Made by a program: the position numbers and the translations under genes
Notes under the pieces: model-generated
What the model was told of the DNA's origin: nothing
Database searches by the model: none
Seen by the model: only the letters and a program-made list of their open reading frames with translations
Shown: positions 47,488-57,268 of the stretch, piece by piece
Numbering within the stretch: position 1 is the first letter of the stretch
Layout: each line of letters begins with the position of its first letter
Source: a virus
Length of the DNA: 64,000 nt
Virus record (IMG/VR): IMGVR_UViG_3300030329_006476
Coordinates: 39,800-103,799 of that record
Strand: one strand, 5' to 3'

Positions 47488-48235
47488 AATCCAGATAGCT
47501 TTCAAAGCAGAATTCAGGACTTCCGCAATGATCAAGATTGGGAACGTCTAGGGTTTTGGACTTGGTGGAAAAGCCGCGACCACAAATGCATTTATAGGTT
47601 TGGTAGGCTTCGAAGTCTTCACGGTTTTCATAGTAAATGCTCTTAACTAATTCTATTTTAAAAGTAGAGCCGCAATATTTTTTTACAGCCGCACGTAATG
47701 GTACGTCAATGGGGAGCAAGTTGTCTTCAATAAAAAAGGTGGGAGAAAAGTAGGAATCGTCAAGGAGGCATGGCTCTCCATAGGAAAATAGATTCTGAAA
47801 AACGAAAGAATCGTAAAAGGGAATTGCTATTTTGAGATCCTCCTCGGAATAGAGGGATTTGAGAGCAGTAAAATCAAGGCGTCCACGCCCAACTGTTTGA
47901 GCCTGAGTATAAATACGATTCAATAATCTTAGGCCTATCGAATTTTTAGCAAAAACTATTATTTTGTGACTGGAGCTTTCTTTGGGGTCTTTAGAAATAT
48001 CGTTGCACATATCCAAACGTAAACCAAATACAAAAGGAATATCAAGCTCGTCTGAACGCCTTTTAGCTTCAAGAAGTCCAATTAAGGAATCTTCCACTAA
48101 AACAAGACGCTCTAGAGAATGGCGTGACGCAATATCAAATACGCTTGAAGAGCCGCCCGAAACAACCGAAGAGGGGTTAGCTAAAGTAAGGATGCTTCGC
48201 CCAACGCTATAATGGGACTTAAATAAAGGAAACAT
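47474..48235 (-). CDS. stand-alone PHP domain of DNA polymerase III alpha
   Basis: FKSHYSVGRSIL, LVLVED, FVFGLRL, IIVFAKNSIGLRLLNRI. Confidence 0.8.
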   Translation of the reverse strand: MFPLFKSHYSVGRSILTLANPSSVVSGGSSSVFDIASRHSLERLVLVEDSLIGLLEAKRRSDELDIPFVFGLRLDMCNDISKDPKESSSHKIIVFAKNSIGLRLLNRIYTQAQTVGRGRLDFTALKSLYSEEDLKIAIPFYDSFVFQNLFSYGEPCLLDDSYFSPTFFIEDNLLPIDVPLRAAVKKYCGSTFKIELVKSIYYENREDFEAYQTYKCICGRGFSTKSKTLDVPNLDHCGSPEFCFESYLDYERS

Positions 48236-48241
48236 CCCATG

Positions 48242-48270
48242 ACTCTACCATAAAAGCAGGGAAATGTCAA
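48242..48270 (-). promoter_or_regulatory. sigma70-like promoter (replication operon)
   Basis: TTGACA-17-TAGAGT with upstream TG; ATG 6 nt downstream. Confidence 0.7.
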
Positions 48271-48473
48271 GAGGAATCTGATGCAGATTGGTAGGGAATA
48301 TTTACCCACCGGCCGCCTTGCGCAACAAAGACCTCGCGCACTACAACCGGCTCTTTTATAGAATGAGACACGGTCTCCCGAAACATTTCTTCCGCCGTGG
48401 AAAGATCTAAAGCATTGTAGTAGCGAATATGCGGACGCTCTGACGAATCTTCATACTTAAATTTAAACTTCAT
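48267..48473 (-). CDS. hypothetical protein
   Basis: ORF in the co-oriented gene run. Confidence 0.5.
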   Translation of the reverse strand: MKFKFKYEDSSERPHIRYYNALDLSTAEEMFRETVSHSIKEPVVVREVFVAQGGRWVNIPYQSASDSS

Positions 48474-48483
48474 TTAGGATAAT

Positions 48484-49395
48484 TTATTCAGTGGAGGGGC
48501 GAGATGTTGGAGTTACTTTGATGAGGAAAGGTGCCGTTCTATCCAAGCTGTGATCCTTGACTCCGCTAGCACTAAAATTATTTGTCTCCACTGAATATTT
48601 TTCTATCTCCTCTAGAGAGGGGGTTTTGAGGGATGGGTCAAGAGCCCACAAAATCTTATTCTTGGCGGCCCATGCACGCATTCGCCGAATGGGAACGATA
48701 AAGTTAAAGCCTTCACCGGCCCCACGCACTAGCATCCCGACATACGTACCATCCGTTAAGAAAACTCCGCCCCCCGAACTACCCGGAAAAGCGGTAACTG
48801 TAGTCTGATCAAATTCAGACTTCCCTAACGTGCGCCCTACTTGGGCAACGATTCCCGTAGTCATGGAATTGGCGCCCATCTGCCCCAAGAGCGAACCCAC
48901 ATGAAACAAGCGCGTCCCAATAGGAATAATGGGCTCTTTCTCATTAAGATAAAAGGCGGCAGACCCTTTTCCATAATCAGTAGCCCGTACCATAAGCAGT
49001 GCTAAATCATGACCATGATCATAGTCGCTATACTTGATTACCTTCGCGTCCATTTTAATTTCCCCGACGCGTCTACCCCCTTCCACAAGCTCCTTTACAA
49101 TCTGAGCGTCCTTAAATTCAACAATTTTACGAGTGTTGCCTTTTTCGTCCACCACTTCTCGAGTGGAGCGTAAATTGTCCACTACATGAGCCGCAGTCCA
49201 AACAAAAGTAACCTTTTTTTCTTCAATTGTACGAACGATAAGAACTCCGGAACCCTCGGACTTCTTATAATCATCCTCGGCCTTAATGGTTACCGAAATA
49301 TTCTGGAGATGGGATGCTACCTTTTTCCGCTCGGCAACATCGGCTGCCAAAACAAAGGAGACGCTAAACAAGAAGGCTGTTATTATTTTTTTCAT
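48484..49395 (-). CDS. secreted trypsin-like serine protease
   Basis: signal peptide; TAAHVV, DLALL, PGSSGGG. Confidence 0.9.
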   Translation of the reverse strand: MKKIITAFLFSVSFVLAADVAERKKVASHLQNISVTIKAEDDYKKSEGSGVLIVRTIEEKKVTFVWTAAHVVDNLRSTREVVDEKGNTRKIVEFKDAQIVKELVEGGRRVGEIKMDAKVIKYSDYDHGHDLALLMVRATDYGKGSAAFYLNEKEPIIPIGTRLFHVGSLLGQMGANSMTTGIVAQVGRTLGKSEFDQTTVTAFPGSSGGGVFLTDGTYVGMLVRGAGEGFNFIVPIRRMRAWAAKNKILWALDPSLKTPSLEEIEKYSVETNNFSASGVKDHSLDRTAPFLIKVTPTSRPSTE

Positions 49396-49405
49396 ATTTA
49401 CATTA

Positions 49406-49864
49406 TTAATAAAGATTCCGAGAGACGCTAGAACGATCCGTCGACTCTAAAATCCACGCATCCAACTCATCCCTGTTCATTAAAAGCTCCGAATCAGCCG
49501 TGAGACCCATTCCATTACCAGAGGAGGAATCAGGAGGTAGCCAATGGGCAACATAAGAAAAAATACTTCCAGTAGCAAAAAGCTTACGACGAGCAACACG
49601 ATGTTCCGCAGGCTCTTCATAATCAAAAATTAAATCGGGATCCTTAACATGAGGATCGGCCTCACTGGGAACACCAACAGGCGCATCATAAGCCTGTGCA
49701 TCGTAAGTGACCTGAGGGGCTTCATTTAAAATCGTGGGAGTGGGTTGGTGGAAGAGGATGAAGACGCGAAAGAGAACCCCAAGTAAAAAATATCCACTGA
49801 CGATACTGAACAGCGAAAGCTTGGTGCCGAGTTTTTTTGTCATTGGAGAACCGCTATATTCCAC
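49406..49864 (-). CDS. membrane-anchored hypothetical protein
   Basis: N-terminal TM segment; promoter TTGACG-17-TATATT upstream. Confidence 0.55.
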   Translation of the reverse strand: MEYSGSPMTKKLGTKLSLFSIVSGYFLLGVLFRVFILFHQPTPTILNEAPQVTYDAQAYDAPVGVPSEADPHVKDPDLIFDYEEPAEHRVARRKLFATGSIFSYVAHWLPPDSSSGNGMGLTADSELLMNRDELDAWILESTDRSSVSRNLY

Positions 49865-49927
49865 ACTATATAATATACACTATTTAGTGTGGTGCGTCAA
49901 GTTTTATTTAGATAATAGTTAATGTAT

Positions 49928-50371
49928 TCATATCGTTTGATTGTACAGCTGAATACACTCTACTATCTTATGGTCTATTTTTTCCGGAAAATTATCTAGG
50001 GTTTCCAAGGAGAACCAACCATATTCCGAATGTTCGAAATTAAGCTTGGGCGTAAAAAGGGTGGAAGATTTGTAAACATAAAAAATAAATTCACAACTAA
50101 GACTGGGAAATCTCTTGATAAATTTAAGCTCGGAAGAAGGGACTTTTATCTCCGCTTCTTCCCACAGTTCGCGGGCTGCAGCTTGAAAGGGGGACTCCCC
50201 TTCGTCCACCATCCCTCCAAACACCGACCAATATCCCCCATACGGCACAGGACGCCCTTCGTATTCTTCGATCCGCTTTGCAAGCAATACCGAATTCTCA
50301 AAAATTATAGCTACGCCGGCCGCGCGACGAGGCAAGGAGGGGTCACAAAGAGAACTCATCGTCATCTTCAA
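49928..50371 (-). CDS. NUDIX hydrolase
   Basis: GGMVDEGESPFQAAARELWEEAE. Confidence 0.9.
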   Translation of the reverse strand: MKMTMSSLCDPSLPRRAAGVAIIFENSVLLAKRIEEYEGRPVPYGGYWSVFGGMVDEGESPFQAAARELWEEAEIKVPSSELKFIKRFPSLSCEFIFYVYKSSTLFTPKLNFEHSEYGWFSLETLDNFPEKIDHKIVECIQLYNQTI

Positions 50372-51440
50372 TTAAATGATGTCGCGGACATCCTTCGTAC
50401 TCTAAACGCTCAATAACATCACCCTCTTCCTGAAGCATCTTTAGTGAATCGAGATCATCTTCAAGGACTGTCATGGGGCGCCCATTGGGAAAGTTTTTTC
50501 GTTTCCCGCTTGAATCTTTCAGGACATAATAAGAGAAAGGGAACTTGAAGGAGCAGTGCCACATGGGGGTTCCGTCTTTTTTAAGTTGTCCGGGGTAGCC
50601 AGTCTTGCCGCGATTACCACAGCACAAAGGGCCACCAAAACTTTTGTCCTTAGGAAACGATTTATCGGCAGCGAAGTCCGAATGCGCCGCATCCTCGTCA
50701 AAATTTTCTAAATATTCCTGCCATTCGGTCAGTTGATACTCAAACCCCTCCAGCTCTTCATCGGATAAAGGCTCCATTCGAAGAACCCCCTCATTCCAGT
50801 CGCCTAAAAGGTCTTTGCCTAATTCAAATTTAAGAAAAAGAAATTCCGACTGTCTAAAAGAGTATTCGGGATAAAGGTGTTTGACCGCTAATGAATACAT
50901 CAAATCCTGCAAATTGTCGGTAACTTCCTTCCCTGAAAAAACTTTCTTGCTTGTTTTGAAATCGCGGATCAGGGCGGCTTTATTCCCTTCATATAAAAAA
51001 AGCTTGTCTATGAATCCATTGATATGGTACCTCTTGCCTCCATCGTCTACTCTTATATCAAAAAGCTTTTCAGAGAAAGCTTGGCTGGGAGAAATTGGAT
51101 CGGCGCCAAAATAATCATGCTCCAATCCATTTACCGTCATAAAATTTATCAATTCCAAATTATCTTTATCGTCTACTTCAAGGCGCTTGGCCAGAGTCAT
51201 GGCGAGCTTCCCTACCGCAGGAACCGAAAAAATGTCCCCCGTAGCACAGATTTTATCAAAATAAGATTGGCGATCTTCGCGAGAGAGAACTTCAAGGATG
51301 GCGTGACAAACAGTACCCCGTGAAGCACCATCATTAGTAGGGTCAGGAAGCTTCAGAGAATACTTGGCATAATATTTCCACGAGCATTCCGCCGCTGTCT
51401 TGATGCGGCTGGCGGAAAGTTTTACGGTTTTATGGCCCAT
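50343..51440 (-). CDS. PD-(D/E)XK (RecB/Cas4-like) exonuclease
   Basis: LSASRI...C, RGTVCH, GFIDKL, IRDFKTSK, QDLMY, C-terminal Cys. Confidence 0.85.
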   Translation of the reverse strand: MGHKTVKLSASRIKTAAECSWKYYAKYSLKLPDPTNDGASRGTVCHAILEVLSREDRQSYFDKICATGDIFSVPAVGKLAMTLAKRLEVDDKDNLELINFMTVNGLEHDYFGADPISPSQAFSEKLFDIRVDDGGKRYHINGFIDKLFLYEGNKAALIRDFKTSKKVFSGKEVTDNLQDLMYSLAVKHLYPEYSFRQSEFLFLKFELGKDLLGDWNEGVLRMEPLSDEELEGFEYQLTEWQEYLENFDEDAAHSDFAADKSFPKDKSFGGPLCCGNRGKTGYPGQLKKDGTPMWHCSFKFPFSYYVLKDSSGKRKNFPNGRPMTVLEDDLDSLKMLQEEGDVIERLEYEGCPRHHLIEDDDEFSL

Positions 51441-52500
51441 GAGACTTAAGGAGTTTTAGATTTTTTAAGAGGGGTAGTGATAGCTCCTTGGAAGCGGCGA
51501 GTTTATCAGCAAAAGAAATGATGGAATTAAGGGTGGAGGAAGGGGGCTTGTCTAATTTTACACTCCATTTGTCGAAATCGTCCTTATTCATTTCACCAAA
51601 ATCATTTTTAACGGGAAGGCAAATATCCACTTGACCAAAATCAAAATGACTAAAAAGCTTTAAGTAATTCTTGACGGCAGCCCGCGCTCCACGATTGTGA
51701 GACTTGTTACTGTCGTTGTTGAAGGATATGATAACCTTGGAGATATCTAAAGATAAAAGATGACACAAGAGGCGGGGGGAAATGTCCAAACCAAAAGAGA
51801 CTAATACGTTATAAAAGCCATGCTCATGAAGGTTGAGGAGGTCTCCAATACTTTCAACCACGATGACGGAACCAGCCTCTTCAATCCCTTCTTGCGTCGG
51901 AAAGGTTCCGTTGTGAGAAACATAATAGGGATACAGCCACTTACTCTTGCGGCCGATATGCTTCCACTTGGGAGCATTTGCGCGATTCGACATATCCCGT
52001 CCTGAAAATCCATGTATTTGATTTAGTTCATTATAAATCGGAAAAACAAACCGTTGATACATCTGGCCTTTTGTTGCAAGACCACCCTTGAGCGCCTTGA
52101 GCACCTCGGGGGAAATCCCCTTTTTGGTATAAAAAACATAGTGAGGGAAGAGATCTTCCAGAATGGAATCGTCGTATACTTTTTCCATTGTAACTTTTTC
52201 TTCCGCAACATGAGGATTTGAGTCTCTCTCGAAATCCGACTGAAGATAGGGGTCTATAACAGACTTGTCATTAGTTCCGAGATGAGTCTGAAGGAGTTTT
52301 TTGAACGGAAGAGGAGGTGTACCCTCGACGAAGTCTCGCCACACTCCGCTATCTTTCCAGATTTGAAGGGAGGTAGAATTATCTCCATTTCTAAAAGCTG
52401 CATGACTATGCCAATAACGACCGCGATCTATCAGCTTATAGCCAAGCTCCTCTAAAATATCCTTAATACGATCAGGGGATAAATTCATCGTCCTCTCCAT
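51430..52500 (-). CDS. dnaG: DNA primase (Toprim)
   Basis: RFVFPI...GFSGR, PKWKH, VIVVESIGD, NDFGEM. Confidence 0.85.
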   Translation of the reverse strand: MERTMNLSPDRIKDILEELGYKLIDRGRYWHSHAAFRNGDNSTSLQIWKDSGVWRDFVEGTPPLPFKKLLQTHLGTNDKSVIDPYLQSDFERDSNPHVAEEKVTMEKVYDDSILEDLFPHYVFYTKKGISPEVLKALKGGLATKGQMYQRFVFPIYNELNQIHGFSGRDMSNRANAPKWKHIGRKSKWLYPYYVSHNGTFPTQEGIEEAGSVIVVESIGDLLNLHEHGFYNVLVSFGLDISPRLLCHLLSLDISKVIISFNNDSNKSHNRGARAAVKNYLKLFSHFDFGQVDICLPVKNDFGEMNKDDFDKWSVKLDKPPSSTLNSIISFADKLAASKELSLPLLKNLKLLKSHGP

Positions 52501-54067
52501 CTATATCTGGCGCAATTCCGCCTGTTCGCATTTGAGCTGCCATGTCTCGCAAATCCCCTACTTCTTCCACTCTAAAGTTATCGATACGCAAAAGGAGTGC
52601 ATTGTCCTCACTGCGATTTGTTCCTACCGCTTCTCCGTCATCGTTTAAAGCCGGAACCAAAACAGGTTCTTGGGCACGCTTGCGATCTGGTCCAAGATGA
52701 CGATATTTGACACACTTGAGGCGATGAGTAGCACGACGATAAGAGTCTGGCTCGACCTGAAGTTCTTGATGGAGACGAGGGCGCAAAATAAAAAGATGAG
52801 AACAAAAAGAATTGATTTTATCGGACCCCGCTATAATACTGTCGTCCTCTACAATACCATCGGGACCCCGATTCCCCACGATTCCCATACGATTGCTCTG
52901 CACGCTCGTTATCATAGAAATCATCGGCTTGTTGTTAAAGCAGATCTCTCGCTGAATAAACTGCTTGAACTTATCAATCATGTCTCCAATAAGATCCCAT
53001 GAGGATTTATTGGATCCCACGGGCTCATTGGTAGTCTTAATATAATCAAAACTTAAAATCATGGGATTCCCACGGCCCACATTCCGATAATAAAAGCGGC
53101 GAGCTATCTGAAGCATTTGATCCACCGACATACCGCCGACATTAAAATAATGAAACTTGCGATCTTTCATCTTCTTAAAAGCTTTGTAGACCTTTGCCGC
53201 AGTCTGCTCTGCCGTATACTCAATCCCCGTCGAAGGGTCAACATAACCCGTTTCTCTCCATAAGCCATCTTCAATAAGGCTTAAAGGGACGCCGGAAACT
53301 GCAGCGCACATCCGCATTTGAAGTTCTAATTTGCTCATCTCCCCATTATCAAAATGCAAAATAGGGGCATGGTCATGCTCCGCCGAAACTTGCGTTACAA
53401 TATCCAGACAAAAAGTAGTCTTCCCCACTCCGGTTCGAGCGCAGACAACGGAAATATTGCCGGGCCGAAACAAAGAGCCATACATACTATTCAAATAAGG
53501 CATGTGGGGGATTAACATTCCCGCACCACGCGGATTATCTGCTAAATCCTCTATGAAATCCTCCATATCGTCATAGATGTTCTCAGGGTACAGATTGTCA
53601 TGAGAATAAAAAGAAAGCTTCTCATTATAGATCTTGTCCGCATCCTTGATAATATCTGGAAGAGTTCGAGCAGAGTCCTGCTTCATGTCGGCGCGAATGG
53701 AGCCGCAGGTATTGTAAATCTCTCGTCGAACGCTCCACCCCTTCAGTTCTTTAGCTATTGATTCAATGGAATTTTCAGCAACCTTTTTTAAAGAAAGGGA
53801 TTTTATGTAATCTCCTATCTCTATATTGTCTGGAAAGGAAATGTTTGCGGCTTTGATTCGTTCTATTAGAATAACTTCATCGAGGGCTTGACCGTCGCCA
53901 CTATCCTCAAAGCGCTTGATAAACTTAAAGATAGTTTGATGGACATAGCTGTCGTTGCCAGTATAAAAGTCGTTCTCGTTTATAAGAGCCGAAATTTTAG
54001 AATAAGCTGATGGCCACTGAATGAGCCCAGCCAGAAGCTGACGCTCAAGATCTTTAGAGTGGATCAT
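52472..54067 (-). CDS. dnaB: replicative DNA helicase (DnaB-like)
   Basis: ERQLLAGL, ARTGVGKT, GEMS, FDYIK, VQSNR; leaderless promoter TTGACA-17-TACCAT (54074-54102). Confidence 0.9.
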   Translation of the reverse strand: MIHSKDLERQLLAGLIQWPSAYSKISALINENDFYTGNDSYVHQTIFKFIKRFEDSGDGQALDEVILIERIKAANISFPDNIEIGDYIKSLSLKKVAENSIESIAKELKGWSVRREIYNTCGSIRADMKQDSARTLPDIIKDADKIYNEKLSFYSHDNLYPENIYDDMEDFIEDLADNPRGAGMLIPHMPYLNSMYGSLFRPGNISVVCARTGVGKTTFCLDIVTQVSAEHDHAPILHFDNGEMSKLELQMRMCAAVSGVPLSLIEDGLWRETGYVDPSTGIEYTAEQTAAKVYKAFKKMKDRKFHYFNVGGMSVDQMLQIARRFYYRNVGRGNPMILSFDYIKTTNEPVGSNKSSWDLIGDMIDKFKQFIQREICFNNKPMISMITSVQSNRMGIVGNRGPDGIVEDDSIIAGSDKINSFCSHLFILRPRLHQELQVEPDSYRRATHRLKCVKYRHLGPDRKRAQEPVLVPALNDDGEAVGTNRSEDNALLLRIDNFRVEEVGDLRDMAAQMRTGGIAPDIDGEDDEFIP

Positions 54068-54103
54068 GGGAAAATGGTATCAAATTAAAGAGAAAATGTC
54101 AAG

Positions 54104-54148
54104 AAAAAAGGGGTGGGGGGAGCGATGCATAGACCGCGCCCCTTCCCT
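54104..54148 (-). terminator. probable intrinsic terminator
   Basis: imperfect G/C-rich hairpin (GGGGCGCG...CGCTCCCC) followed by a T run. Confidence 0.45.
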
Positions 54149-54160
54149 GCGTACTATAAG

Positions 54161-54421
54161 TTAATTGGATTCCCGACCATCCAAATGGTCGGCTTCCTCG
54201 GAATCAAGAAGGAATTTCTCCATCGCCTTCCGAAGTCCCATTTCGATGATTTGACTATCGGATCGGCTGTAAACCATGGGAGACCCCTCTTGATTAACGA
54301 AAGCCAATACAAAGCCTCGATTGCCATCCGTCGAACCAGAAAGATCAAAAAGTTGATTCAAGAAACTTTCCGGCAAGACAAACGGAGGGAACTCGCCATC
54401 TTCAAATTCATTAGCGCTCAT
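54161..54421 (-). CDS. conserved phage hypothetical protein
   Basis: FVLPESFLNQLFDLSG...GFVLAFVNQEG; AGTGTA motif upstream. Confidence 0.7.
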   Translation of the reverse strand: MSANEFEDGEFPPFVLPESFLNQLFDLSGSTDGNRGFVLAFVNQEGSPMVYSRSDSQIIEMGLRKAMEKFLLDSEEADHLDGRESN

Positions 54422-54439
54422 ACCTTATATATACACTTT

Positions 54440-54847
54440 TTATAGGAAAACGCCAGATTCTTCAAAGGTTTTTTTATTTATTTCTTCTTCCGAAAAGATC
54501 TCCACTATCTTTATATCATTAAGGGCGCAAAAATCAAGTTTTTGTTGATCTCGACGGATCTGCCTGACGAAATTGGAGCGCCGGCCGTGAAAAAAGGGAA
54601 CGTATTTAACATGCTGTGCCCCATGTATTTCAACGGCAATTTTTTTATTTGCATTATAGAAATCAAACTTTAGGCGGGTGCCGGCAACCGGAAATTCTTC
54701 GAAGACTACATGATTGCACCAGTAGGGCTTTAAGTATTGCTTGGCCTTGAATTGAATTTTGCTACGGCTTTTAGAGTCCCACTCGATTAAATACTTTTTC
54801 GGTTTGGAAACACGCTTCTGAGAACCACTTAAGGTACGAAACTTCAT
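54440..54847 (-). CDS. DUF559/Vsr-like endonuclease
   Basis: EEFPV...FDFY...IAVEIHGAQH...RDQQK. Confidence 0.8.
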   Translation of the reverse strand: MKFRTLSGSQKRVSKPKKYLIEWDSKSRSKIQFKAKQYLKPYWCNHVVFEEFPVAGTRLKFDFYNANKKIAVEIHGAQHVKYVPFFHGRRSNFVRQIRRDQQKLDFCALNDIKIVEIFSEEEINKKTFEESGVFL

Positions 54848-55491
54848 AAAACCACCATCTTTTCATGGCCCACGCGCACTTGAGGATCTATGTGGATGTC
54901 GAACCCCTCATCCGCTGCCTTATGGCAAAAAGAAACATCTTCGGCGCAAAAATCCTTAAAGTCTCCAAAGGACTTGGTTAATGGCTCAAACCACGGATAA
55001 GGGATCTTTTCAAAAACTCCACGCTTGACCAGCATCCAGCCCATACCCACGTAATTAACGCGCATCAAATCGGTCTTGCCCTCAATATCAGCAGGCGTAA
55101 GAAAAGAAAAATGGCCATGCTTTTTAAAATGCTCTTCATCCCATGTCTCGACGCAAGGATAGGCTTCTCCCCCTTCCATTAAATATAAACCGGATACGAT
55201 GTCTTTCTCATGCGACAAAAGACGAAAAAACTGTTCGGGGGAAAAAATTACATCAGAATCTATCCACATTATGTAATCATAATCCACCTCTCCGCCAAAT
55301 GGCGCCTGAGAACGGCCACGGCGAACATCGGCCCCTAAACACATACTTCTGACATAATAAACTACGGGAGAATAGCGGCGCGACAAAATAGGGAGCACGC
55401 CCTTAAGTAAGCAGGTGTGCTGAAGATTCGACCAGCACTCTAAAAAACGCCCGGAAAAAGAAGGCCCCGGTAGGCAAAAAACTACTTTCAC
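54844..55491 (-). CDS. glycosyltransferase (GT-A fold)
   Basis: MWIDSD, IVSGLY, GMGWMLVK, EDVSFC, VGHEK. Confidence 0.8.
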   Translation of the reverse strand: MKVVFCLPGPSFSGRFLECWSNLQHTCLLKGVLPILSRRYSPVVYYVRSMCLGADVRRGRSQAPFGGEVDYDYIMWIDSDVIFSPEQFFRLLSHEKDIVSGLYLMEGGEAYPCVETWDEEHFKKHGHFSFLTPADIEGKTDLMRVNYVGMGWMLVKRGVFEKIPYPWFEPLTKSFGDFKDFCAEDVSFCHKAADEGFDIHIDPQVRVGHEKMVVL

Positions 55492-56585
55492 TGACAGATT
55501 ATGTTCTTAAAATAAGAGGTCAAGAAATTAGTTAAAGCGGGATTCTCCTCCAGCAATAAACTCAATTTAGCCTCCCCTTGTATCTTCTCGGGAAATTCCA
55601 AATCGTTTTCACGTAAAAGCTCCAAGAAGGATTCGTCCGCACTAATCCATGCTCCTCGCTTATGGATATACTCCCAGCCGTAGAGCATGTCGATTACTTC
55701 CTTTTCGATCCACACGGAGGTTCCGTCCGTTCTCCCGTACCTAATAGGATAGGTCAATGTATAATTAGTTTTTTCATTCGGAGATTTTTTGACGGAAATT
55801 TTAACGTTATGTCCTAATATCTTGTTCTTTAATTTGTCTATGGGCTGAGTGGGGTTCTCCAATATCAAATCTTTTTTGAACCGAGGTTCGAATTCAAGAA
55901 TGTAGTTGGCAAAATGAAGAAGAGCGTTGCCGCCGGTTGCGCTGGTTTGGCGTACGGGCGCCTTGGTATACGGATCGAGCTTGATATCGGCACGCACTTG
56001 AGAAATAAAGATGGCCATATGCCCGCGCTTGGCAAGGGCGATGCTCATTTTTTGCATAAATTTAGCCCCGAGCAACGCGCCGCCGGCCACCTTATGGGCG
56101 TCATGAAAGTCTTTTTTCAAGTCCTCCTTCATTATTAAGCCGTCAAGAGAGTCAAGGATAAAACAATACTTGGTGTTATTGGCATTGTCCCCAACTAGAA
56201 CGCGCATTAAGTCCAAAACCGTTTCATAGATATTGCTTTCAAAGACGAAACAGTTTCCATCTTTCCAGTCATCTTCCTCGAAGGCGAAGTCAATGCCGCT
56301 TCTGGCTCGCATCTCCGAGGGGAGGCGCCCTTCGGCCTTAACGTAAAGACCTCGGGCATTCGGCATTTGGAGAAAATTTTTCATCACCTCCAAGGCTTCC
56401 GAGGTCTTACCTCCCTCGTTCATTCCCACGAAGCGATGGAGTCCGGGCCCCAATCCTCCCGCCAATTCAAAGTCTACGTTCAGGCTACCTGTAGAGACGC
56501 GATAGTCAACCGTATCTTCGTAATTGTAATGATGTTCTTTGTTTTCCTTGAGAAAGGATTTTAGGGTGTCGTTAATAGTGCTCAT
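55488..56585 (-). CDS. recA: RecA/UvsX-like recombinase
   Basis: STGSLNVD...GG, GMNEGGKTS, ILDSL, ISQVR, GGNAL. Confidence 0.88.
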   Translation of the reverse strand: MSTINDTLKSFLKENKEHHYNYEDTVDYRVSTGSLNVDFELAGGLGPGLHRFVGMNEGGKTSEALEVMKNFLQMPNARGLYVKAEGRLPSEMRARSGIDFAFEEDDWKDGNCFVFESNIYETVLDLMRVLVGDNANNTKYCFILDSLDGLIMKEDLKKDFHDAHKVAGGALLGAKFMQKMSIALAKRGHMAIFISQVRADIKLDPYTKAPVRQTSATGGNALLHFANYILEFEPRFKKDLILENPTQPIDKLKNKILGHNVKISVKKSPNEKTNYTLTYPIRYGRTDGTSVWIEKEVIDMLYGWEYIHKRGAWISADESFLELLRENDLEFPEKIQGEAKLSLLLEENPALTNFLTSYFKNIICQ

Positions 56586-57142
56586 GAGTCATAAAAGTCC
56601 CACGGAGTTCTCCGCTTCTTGGGACGGCGGCGCGTACGGCCGGAAGGTTGGTAGTCGTAAACAAAAGGAGTATATGAATCTTTAGCCGTAAAATCAAGGA
56701 ATTTTTGCCGTATTCGCGGCTCTCCCTTTCCCAGCCACAACAAAATGTCCTCGCGGGGATCTCCCAGATCCACATGGAGCCAGAAATCCACATTGGGATA
56801 ACGCCCGAAAAGCCTTTTGAGTATTTTGTGCTGCTTTGCAAAGCAATATTTGTTCTTCAGGCATTTTTGGCAAACTAATTTTTTTAGAATCTTTGAAGAA
56901 TAATGAGAAAAGGAAAAGGATTGGACGAAAGACTTGACGATATCAGGCTCAAGAGGGGTGCCGTCGTCCGTTTTGGCGTAGTCCGAGGGCCACTTGCCGC
57001 TTTTGAGGTTGCGATACCAATTATAGAGCGTGGGAGCCTTTAAGCCAAGGCTCGTGGCGCAATCAGCCATAGAGGCGGCGGGATCGGAATTGGAGAAGGC
57101 GGCGATTTTGGAAAGAAGATCGTTCGAAATTTTCTGCGCCAT
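56582..57142 (-). CDS. hypothetical protein with N-terminal HTH
   Basis: SMADCATSLGLKAPTLYNW; leaderless promoter TTGACG-17-TACTAT (57148-57176). Confidence 0.65.
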   Translation of the reverse strand: MAQKISNDLLSKIAAFSNSDPAASMADCATSLGLKAPTLYNWYRNLKSGKWPSDYAKTDDGTPLEPDIVKSFVQSFSFSHYSSKILKKLVCQKCLKNKYCFAKQHKILKRLFGRYPNVDFWLHVDLGDPREDILLWLGKGEPRIRQKFLDFTAKDSYTPFVYDYQPSGRTRRRPKKRRTPWDFYDS

Positions 57143-57268
57143 ATCCTATAGTATCATAAGTGGAATCTTTCGTCAAGTATCAAATCCACTGAAGGTATAT
57201 ATCGTCCACTATCAAAATCACAGCTCGGAAATTTTTTTTATTTTAAAACAAATTATAAGTTCTTGGCT

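Noticed and set aside
43284-48235. Split-intein DnaE
   Set aside because: No intein N-terminal (C/S-start block) or C-terminal (HN-C/S/T) motifs at the relevant ends.
50343-51440. Cas4 as part of a CRISPR adaptation module
   Set aside because: It sits in the primase-helicase operon with no cas1, cas2 or array; an ordinary phage PD-(D/E)XK exonuclease.
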